A program made the position numbers and the translations under genes. A model generated the notes under the pieces. It did no database searches, had not been told where the DNA came from, and worked only from the letters and a program-made list of their open reading frames with translations. 64,000 nt of DNA from Gammaproteobacteria bacterium (GTDB taxonomy: Bacteria > Pseudomonadota > Gammaproteobacteria > JAJPIJ01): contig JAJPIJ010000051.1 in the NCBI GenBank assembly GCA_021324815.1, positions 2,188 through 66,187 of the forward strand, given 5' to 3'. Shown piece by piece: positions 58,151 to 64,000 of the stretch. The stretch's first letter is position 1, and every line of letters starts with the position of its first letter.

Positions 58151-58849
58151 TCATGTACCTGTTTCACCATTACCGTAACCGCGCGCCAGCACATTGGGAG
58201 AAAGGCCTGCCGCAAATGCCAGCGCCAGGATGCGGTTTCGAAAGGATCTCCGCCACCAACCATCGCGTTCCCAGCGACGCGGATCTACTCGCAGCCCGTC
58301 ATCGATCACAACGAACGGTCCTTGTTGACGCAGTTTCCTGACCAGTGCGACCTCTTCAAAAAGCGGTGACACAGAATGCCCACCCGCCATTACATAAGCC
58401 GCCACGGTCATAAACAAACCTTGATCACCATACGGTATGCCAATCCGGCAACGTAAATTGATCAACCTCTCCAGAACCCTTGCCTGCCAGCGGCAAGCCC
58501 CCGCAAAGCGAAAACGAAAGTATCCCCCTGCGGCGCCGCGGCCCATGGCTTGTGTGATCGAACCAAGTGGATCGCCCTGAAGAGTTGCGTCGGCGTGCAG
58601 GAACCAGATGACATCACCAGTCGCTGCGAATGCGCCCTGACGTAGCTGCGCGCCGCGGCAGGGCCGCGACGGCAACCGCCGTGCCCCCCAGCGCTGACAC
58701 AGCGAATGCGTAGCGGCGCCGTCTTCGGCGTCGACGACGACGATTTCGTGCGGTTGCGAAGCCCCGGCACGCAGTTGCGACAATAACCGCCCCAGCGCGG
58801 CATCGTCGCGAAAGCACGGAATCACTACACTGATATCCACGTTACACAT
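58151..58849 (-). CDS. family 2 glycosyltransferase (TIGR04283-like, rSAM-associated)
   Basis: DISVVIPCFRD GT2 N-terminal motif. Confidence 0.6.
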   Translation of the reverse strand: MCNVDISVVIPCFRDDAALGRLLSQLRAGASQPHEIVVVDAEDGAATHSLCQRWGARRLPSRPCRGAQLRQGAFAATGDVIWFLHADATLQGDPLGSITQAMGRGAAGGYFRFRFAGACRWQARVLERLINLRCRIGIPYGDQGLFMTVAAYVMAGGHSVSPLFEEVALVRKLRQQGPFVVIDDGLRVDPRRWERDGWWRRSFRNRILALAFAAGLSPNVLARGYGNGETGT

Positions 58850-58854
58850 GCCCA

Positions 58855-59550
58855 TCACATTGAGGATTGCAACCACCGGTAAAGCTTCTGGCGGGCCGGT
58901 CGCCGATCCCCGGCCAGGGTGTTGGCAAGGCGTTGCAGGTCATCGACCTCGTCGATGTCAAATCCGCCGCCAGGCAAAACTACGAGACTCCCGCAGCGGT
59001 TGCAGGCCTGCGCCAGGGTCTGGCCCAGTTGCCCGGTGCTCCACGGCAAACCGCCGAGATCAGGCCAAGGGCGCCGGGACGCCATGAGGACGACACCGCC
59101 ATCCCTCGCCGGGATCAGCACGGTATCGTAGCTCATCAGGCAGCGACGAACGTCCTCATAATCGGTGCTCGACAGTGACGGCGCATCGCTGCCGATGAAC
59201 ACCAGCGACTGATGGCCACGCGCGCGCAGTTCGCCATCCAGACGATTGAGACGTTGGCCCAGATTGCCGCGCCCCTGAGCATGGACCCGCACACCTGGAA
59301 GTAACGTCGTTGCCCAAGACACATCTCGCCGCCTCGCAGGCGCCACGACGATGGGGCCAGGCCAGGCGGCCAGATCCTCCGTGGCACAGGCAAGCAGTTG
59401 TGTTGCGATTTCGTAGGTGATATTGATGCCCAGTGTTTTCGCCAGACGCTGCTTGCCGACACCGGGCGCCGGACGTTTGCATACCAAAACCAATGTGGGC
59501 AGGCGCGGATCTCCGGCGGACGCGCTGTCTGTGAGGATGGTCGGGGCCAT
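58855..59550 (-). CDS. DUF2064 (TIGR04282-like, rSAM-associated transferase 1) protein
   Basis: LVLVCKRPAPGVGKQRLAKTLG motif. Start at MAPTIL with GGAGG SD. The long Arg-rich N-terminal extension in the ORF track is discounted. Confidence 0.6.
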   Translation of the reverse strand: MAPTILTDSASAGDPRLPTLVLVCKRPAPGVGKQRLAKTLGINITYEIATQLLACATEDLAAWPGPIVVAPARRRDVSWATTLLPGVRVHAQGRGNLGQRLNRLDGELRARGHQSLVFIGSDAPSLSSTDYEDVRRCLMSYDTVLIPARDGGVVLMASRRPWPDLGGLPWSTGQLGQTLAQACNRCGSLVVLPGGGFDIDEVDDLQRLANTLAGDRRPARQKLYRWLQSSM

Positions 59551-59570
59551 CTGGCTGGCTGCCTCCGACC

Positions 59571-60704
59571 TCATGGCATGAGAAAGTGCATGGCTCGGTA
59601 AGCTGCGATCCCGAGCAGCGCCGCCACCGGCAGGGTTACCACCCAGGCCAGCAGGATGTCCCGCAACACACGACGATTGATCCGACGACGTCGGAGCCCG
59701 GCGCCGACAATACCGCCTGAAGACACATGCGTCGTGGACACCGGCAAACCATAGAGCGCCGCCGACGTTACCAGCACGGCCGTGACGAGATTGGCGGCGA
59801 ATCCCTCGCGGTGGTCCATGCGGGTGACCTTTTCCGCCAGCACATGCGTGACACGACGACCGCCGACGACACTGCCCACCAACATGCCCAGGGCAACAAG
59901 TGCGAACAGCGCCGGCATCGGCAGCGCGGTCGGACCGGCCAGCACTGCCGCGGCGGCGATCAGGGCCACCATTTTGGGCGCGTCGTTCATGCCACGAGCG
60001 AGACTGGTGGCGCCGCTGGTCAGCCAGTGCAGATGGTCGAACGTCAGACGCACCGCCTGTGGTCTTTCCCGGGCGCACTGCTCCCGGTCACCCGTCACAA
60101 TCGACAGGGTCGTCGGCACGAAGGTACCGGCGGCGGCCAGGGTGCCGATACGATCCACGTTTATCTCAACAGGCTGCGCCTCCAGGCACAGGCAATCCCC
60201 CACCGGCACGCGCTCCTCTTGCTCCTGAAAGGATCCGAGCAACAACACAGTCAATCCGAAAGAGACGGCCGGACTCACCAGCAGCGGGAGAAAAACCTTC
60301 ATGCCCAATGAACTCCATTGGATGGAGGCGGGACCATAAACGAGATAGCCAACGCCGACGACAGCACCGACCAGGGCATGGGTGGTGGAGACCGGCAGCC
60401 CGGTACGGGAGGCCAGGAAAACCCATCCTGCCGCCCCAATCAGCATGGCCAGCACCGCGGCGAGAGTGGGTGTAATGACAGGATCCAGCAACCCCTTGCC
60501 GAAGGTCGTGAGCATGGCACTGCCCCACAGCCCACCCAGCAAGGCGCCTAGACCAGTCCACAGAGTGCCCCAAATGATGGCCCGCCGATAGGTGGTCACA
60601 CCGCTGCCGACCAGCGTGGCAATCCCCTTCGACACGTCGTTGGAGCCATTGGCATAGGCCAGTGCCAAACCGGCCGTGACGGCAAACAGAATCTCCACAG
60701 TCAC
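59571..60704 (-). CDS. PiT-family inorganic phosphate (arsenate-permeable) transporter
   Basis: Duplicated PiT signature (YANGSNDVSKGIATLVGSG; ARGMNDAPK). 377 aa. Confidence 0.85.
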   Translation of the reverse strand: MTVEILFAVTAGLALAYANGSNDVSKGIATLVGSGVTTYRRAIIWGTLWTGLGALLGGLWGSAMLTTFGKGLLDPVITPTLAAVLAMLIGAAGWVFLASRTGLPVSTTHALVGAVVGVGYLVYGPASIQWSSLGMKVFLPLLVSPAVSFGLTVLLLGSFQEQEERVPVGDCLCLEAQPVEINVDRIGTLAAAGTFVPTTLSIVTGDREQCARERPQAVRLTFDHLHWLTSGATSLARGMNDAPKMVALIAAAAVLAGPTALPMPALFALVALGMLVGSVVGGRRVTHVLAEKVTRMDHREGFAANLVTAVLVTSAALYGLPVSTTHVSSGGIVGAGLRRRRINRRVLRDILLAWVVTLPVAALLGIAAYRAMHFLMP

Positions 60705-61073
60705 GGCGTATCCTCAATCTTACTGTTGCCTATCGGTTGAGGTGAAGAGAAAAATTTGTGGAAGCGCCTTCCACCGGGCATGGTAAGCGCGGAACGCAAG
60801 GCGCACAAAGCGGGTTCAGGATTGAACTGATTGTGAGGTCTCATGGTGCTGGGTCCATACGAAGGTGATCCATAGCATAAGACGGCTTTGCCCGGCATAT
60901 TCTTACATCGATGTCATGATAAAACGGCTCGACGAGGTTGATACCAACCCGTTCTTTGGACTGATGCGATGGTGTCAGCTACCATAAGGACCCGAATACA
61001 ACCCGTCTCGGTTTCGGCCACGGCCCCGGGCAAGCACTCCAAATATTAGAGACACATTCGTGCGAGCCCTGGG

Positions 61074-61703
61074 ATGCCAAGGACACTTCTACAAAAGGCA
61101 GCACATATGAATGGACCTGTGGTCGTCAGCCCTGACGCGATTGCCAGAGAACAAAAATACCTTTATCGATACGCCATCACGCGCTTGCGTGACCCTGATC
61201 TTGCGCAGGACGTCGTGCAGGACACCATCCTCGCCGCGATGGAGGCGGCAGAGCGCTTCCAGGGAAAGGCGTCTCTGCGGACCTGGCTCATCGCCATTCT
61301 GCGGAACAAGATCCTCGATGCCATGAAGGCGCATGCTCGATTGGTGTCTCTGGAGTCGGATCCCTCCACAGAGGATGCGCTTGATCACGATGTCGACAAG
61401 CAATTCAACCTGGACGGTCGCTGGTCGACCACCTATCGACCAACATCCTGGGCGAATCCGGAGGCTGCCTTTGAGAATACGCAGTTTTGGACGGTCTTCG
61501 AACGCTGTCTTGAGCATGTGCCGCCTCGGATTGCCGAGGTGTTCGTTCTACGAGAGGTGTTGGGTGAGACCATCGCCGACATCTGTAAGATTCTCGATCT
61601 TTCCGCGTCCAATTGTTCAGTCATGTTATTCCGCGCCCGCATGCGCCTGAAGGATTGTCTGGACGTGAACTGGTTTCGCGGGGAGACACGCAAGGATGCT
61701 TGA
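61074..61703 (+). CDS. ECF sigma factor (RpoE/ChrR-partner type)
   Basis: Region 2 DLAQDVVQDTILAAME, region 4 LPPRIAEVFVLREVLGETIADICKILDLSASNCSVMLFRAR. Confidence 0.8.
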   Translation: MPRTLLQKAAHMNGPVVVSPDAIAREQKYLYRYAITRLRDPDLAQDVVQDTILAAMEAAERFQGKASLRTWLIAILRNKILDAMKAHARLVSLESDPSTEDALDHDVDKQFNLDGRWSTTYRPTSWANPEAAFENTQFWTVFERCLEHVPPRIAEVFVLREVLGETIADICKILDLSASNCSVMLFRARMRLKDCLDVNWFRGETRKDA

Positions 61704-61752
61704 ACAGCATCCCGTCATGGCAAGATCAATCAATCGAACAAGGAGCTAACCC

Positions 61753-61947
61753 GTGGTCAGCTGGATGGATAACTGCAAAAAGATCAGCAGAATGATGTCT
61801 GATGCCATGGATCGCGATCTGACCCCCTGGGAGCGCCTGCGGATCCGAGTGCACCTCCTGATGTGTACAGGCTGCGCCCAATTTGCGCGCCAGCTCCAGA
61901 TACTCCGGGCGGTCTCACGCGCTTTCGTTGATCACACATTCTCGTAA
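61753..61947 (+). CDS. minimal ZAS-type anti-sigma factor (64 aa)
   Basis: HLLMCTGC = HxxxCxxC zinc-anti-sigma motif. Directly downstream of the ECF sigma gene. Lacks a C-terminal sensor domain. Confidence 0.5.
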   Translation: MVSWMDNCKKISRMMSDAMDRDLTPWERLRIRVHLLMCTGCAQFARQLQILRAVSRAFVDHTFS

Positions 61948-62016
61948 TGGCATGGCGAGTGCCACGGCTGCGTGAACGTCCCTGCAATAGGGGCCGCAAA
62001 TGAAATGGGCGCAGCG

Positions 62017-62589
62017 TTACCGATACAGATAGCTCACAATGGCGTCGATCTCTGCAGGGCTGAGATGGAAATTGGGCATGAACGTTTGGGGTTTGAGCTT
62101 TGCCGGGTCCGCCAGCCAGCTTTTCTCCCAATCGGGATCGCGTCGCTGTTTGACGGTGGTGAGATCAGGGTAAAGCGCGCGCCCGGCTTCGCCGGCAATG
62201 GCATGACAAGCGAAGCACTGGTACGCCTTGACTAGTTTCTCGCCGATCTCTGCTTGCGAGCCACCGCCTTTCAGCAGGTTGTCCTTGTCCACCGGCTTGG
62301 CGAGTTGGTGAAGAAAAGCTATGAGGGCTTCCCGATCGCCTTCCGTCCAGGCGAACTTCGGCATGAGCGTCCCCGGTTTGACCGCACTTGGATCCTCCAG
62401 CCAGTTCATCAGCCAATCGTCGGTTCTTCGTATGGTGACTTGGTTCAGGTTGGGACCAACCATGCCCCCCTCCTCCGATCCAATCACATGACAAGAACGA
62501 CAATTATGCTGGGCGATGAGTCGTTGCGCCCTGCCGATGTCAGCGCCGGCAACTGTAGACGGCAATGCCAGTAGTAGGATGCACGACAT
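62017..62589 (-). CDS. dihaem c-type cytochrome
   Basis: Two CxxCH motifs (CRSCH, CFACH). Signal peptide from MSCILLLALPS. Confidence 0.7.
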   Translation of the reverse strand: MSCILLLALPSTVAGADIGRAQRLIAQHNCRSCHVIGSEEGGMVGPNLNQVTIRRTDDWLMNWLEDPSAVKPGTLMPKFAWTEGDREALIAFLHQLAKPVDKDNLLKGGGSQAEIGEKLVKAYQCFACHAIAGEAGRALYPDLTTVKQRRDPDWEKSWLADPAKLKPQTFMPNFHLSPAEIDAIVSYLYR

Positions 62590-62691
62590 TACTGTCGCTC
62601 GTTTAGATCGCGGACGACAAGCAGGGCGCGCCGCAAGCCGGGCGGCCCGCAGATTGAGATCAATCATGGCGTTTCGATTGGCGCCGTGGGG

Positions 62692-63273
62692 CTACATCGA
62701 CTGTTTGCCGGGGGTGTACGCCTTCCCCTGACTGAGATACGACACGTAAGCCGCCAGGTCCCTTGAGTCCTTGCTTCCGAGCGGCAGCGGCTGGCCCTTC
62801 AGGAACATCACTACACAGTTATTGTTCATTTCGGGCAGCGTGATCACGGCATCGTTCGGGACTTTGTATTTGGGGAACGTCAGTGCTGCGCCTTTCAACG
62901 TTGGAATGAGCATCTGCATGTCCCCCATCGGCACTTTACCGCCGGTGGTGTCTCCGCCCGGATGACAGGTTGCGCAGGTAAATCCATTGGTGCCGAGACG
63001 GCTGCTCCCGAACAACTGTTCGCCGTGCTTGAGCGCGGTCTGCTGCTCGGTCATGACGTATTGCGCCCGGTCCTTGTCGGGCATCATCATGACCTTTTTC
63101 ATGTTTTGCATGGACATGGCTATCATCTGGTCAATGGACGGCATGGCACCGGCGGACGCCGATTCGGACTTCATATTCAGCGCGTCGCAGGCCGCCAGTG
63201 TGAGCCCCACAGCGACTATCCCCATCGTGACATTGAACGGAACGCGCAGGTGACGACTGATGTTGGTGATCAT
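62692..63273 (-). CDS. monohaem c-type cytochrome, probable lipoprotein
   Basis: CATCH haem-binding motif, lipobox LTLAAC. Confidence 0.65.
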   Translation of the reverse strand: MITNISRHLRVPFNVTMGIVAVGLTLAACDALNMKSESASAGAMPSIDQMIAMSMQNMKKVMMMPDKDRAQYVMTEQQTALKHGEQLFGSSRLGTNGFTCATCHPGGDTTGGKVPMGDMQMLIPTLKGAALTFPKYKVPNDAVITLPEMNNNCVVMFLKGQPLPLGSKDSRDLAAYVSYLSQGKAYTPGKQSM

Positions 63274-64000
63274 GGCAGCCTCCTCAAGTTTGTTGATGAC
63301 CTTAGTAGTCGTCCCTCGCGCGCTGTTATCGTGGCAGGGACGCTTCCGTAGCATTAGACGTTGCTGATAGACAATCCTTACAATTGACTTGCCGGCGCCA
63401 CGACTTCACCCAGGTCGCGCCGGAGCCATGCCCGATATATGTGTCAGACAGGTTTTAGACTGACTCCATCTTCACAAGGAAATATTCGAGATATTTCCGG
63501 GACACCACACTAGAGCTTATCGTTTCAATGCTGCCGCTCGCAGCAAGCGCCATTCTCTGCGACATCTCCGTGGCGCTTGTCGCCCGGAACCGGGCCGCGT
63601 GTCCCTCTCGTGTACAACAAATTACTCAACCAGCCATCAAGCGAGAGGCGGCCGGGGATCTGCAAGGAATACAAATCTCCTTTAAACCTTCTGACATCCA
63701 TTTGGTAATTCAATCGGCGCTATTTCTGGTTTTTAGCCGCTTCGCAAATTTCAGCCGCGTTTCGACATGCGCCTTTTCTTCCGGGAGCAAGCCAAGAAAT
63801 TCCGTCGTGCTGCCGAGTTCCAGCCTCTGGCTTCAATCTGTTTCCGCTTACTTTTCCGCATAGTGATATTCCGTGTTGCCGTGCGTACATTTGGGGATAA
63901 GCACTACGCCGCGCGAGGTCGAATTTCGCGATTCAGCCTGGCGCCCAATCTCGCCTTGCGCTCTCCATGTCGTAAGAAGACTGCATGTTCAGCCAGAAAC

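Noticed and set aside
60705-61073. 370-bp divergent intergenic region between PiT and ECF sigma examined for riboswitch, tRNA or ECF promoter
   Set aside because: No GGAAC-N16-CGTC-type motif with correct spacing and no recognisable riboswitch consensus. Only generic promoter-like AT patches.
63528-63863. 111-aa plus-strand ORF and apparent partial ORF at the window end
   Set aside because: No motifs and moderate low-complexity. The minus-strand reading frame that looked protein-like is interrupted by a TGA. Left unannotated.
1-64000. Search for tRNA/rRNA genes, CRISPR arrays, transposases/integrases and classic ars operon genes (arsR/arsB/arsC/acr3)
   Set aside because: No cloverleaf-compatible tRNA-like segments, no arrays of regularly spaced short repeats and no transposase or integrase motifs. 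The search was by eye and cannot exclude small ncRNAs.

Overview
This is a high-GC (about 66-70%) proteobacterial chromosomal window (beta/gamma-proteobacterial gene order). It has a conserved housekeeping core interleaved with accessory DNA.

Core genes:
- serC-serA-serB-DUF2333 operon
- HrcA/CIRCE- and sigma32-controlled hrcA-grpE-dnaK-dnaJ locus, divergent from nadK-recN
- greB
- P-type cation ATPase
- AcrAB-like RND pump
- Ser/Thr kinases

Accessory content:
1. 1-6 kb: a small island. It holds a 32-bp direct-repeat pair, a strongly low-GC orphan gene, and DUF2339/DUF1353/YkuD-like genes with a 22-bp tandem duplication over an RBS.
2. 8.2-9.7 kb: a BNR beta-propeller gene translationally coupled to a MoaD/ThiS-like GG-terminated beta-grasp protein.
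3. 38.5-41.7 kb: an overlapping pair of an active Hanks kinase fused to a cNMP-binding domain and an orphan GspE/MshE-type secretion ATPase.
4. About 41.7 kb to the window end: lower GC (about 55-60%), probably laterally acquired. It contains:
- an ECF sigma remnant at the boundary
- an ECF sigma/anti-sigma-RND-MFP-OMF efflux operon
- a GGDEF-EAL sensor with an internal in-frame 69-bp duplication
- an apparent operon encoding a PiT transporter, DUF2064, GT2, ArsM-like methyltransferase, ArsS-like radical-SAM/Cys-rich protein, a DedA::FAD-disulfide-oxidoreductase fusion and an AhpD-like protein (candidate organoarsenical/arsenosugar biosynthesis system)
- an ECF/ZAS pair with two c-type cytochromes

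No rRNA, tRNA, CRISPR array, transposase or integrase was recognisable.

All calls rest on motif-level reading of the supplied translations and DNA; no database search was run.
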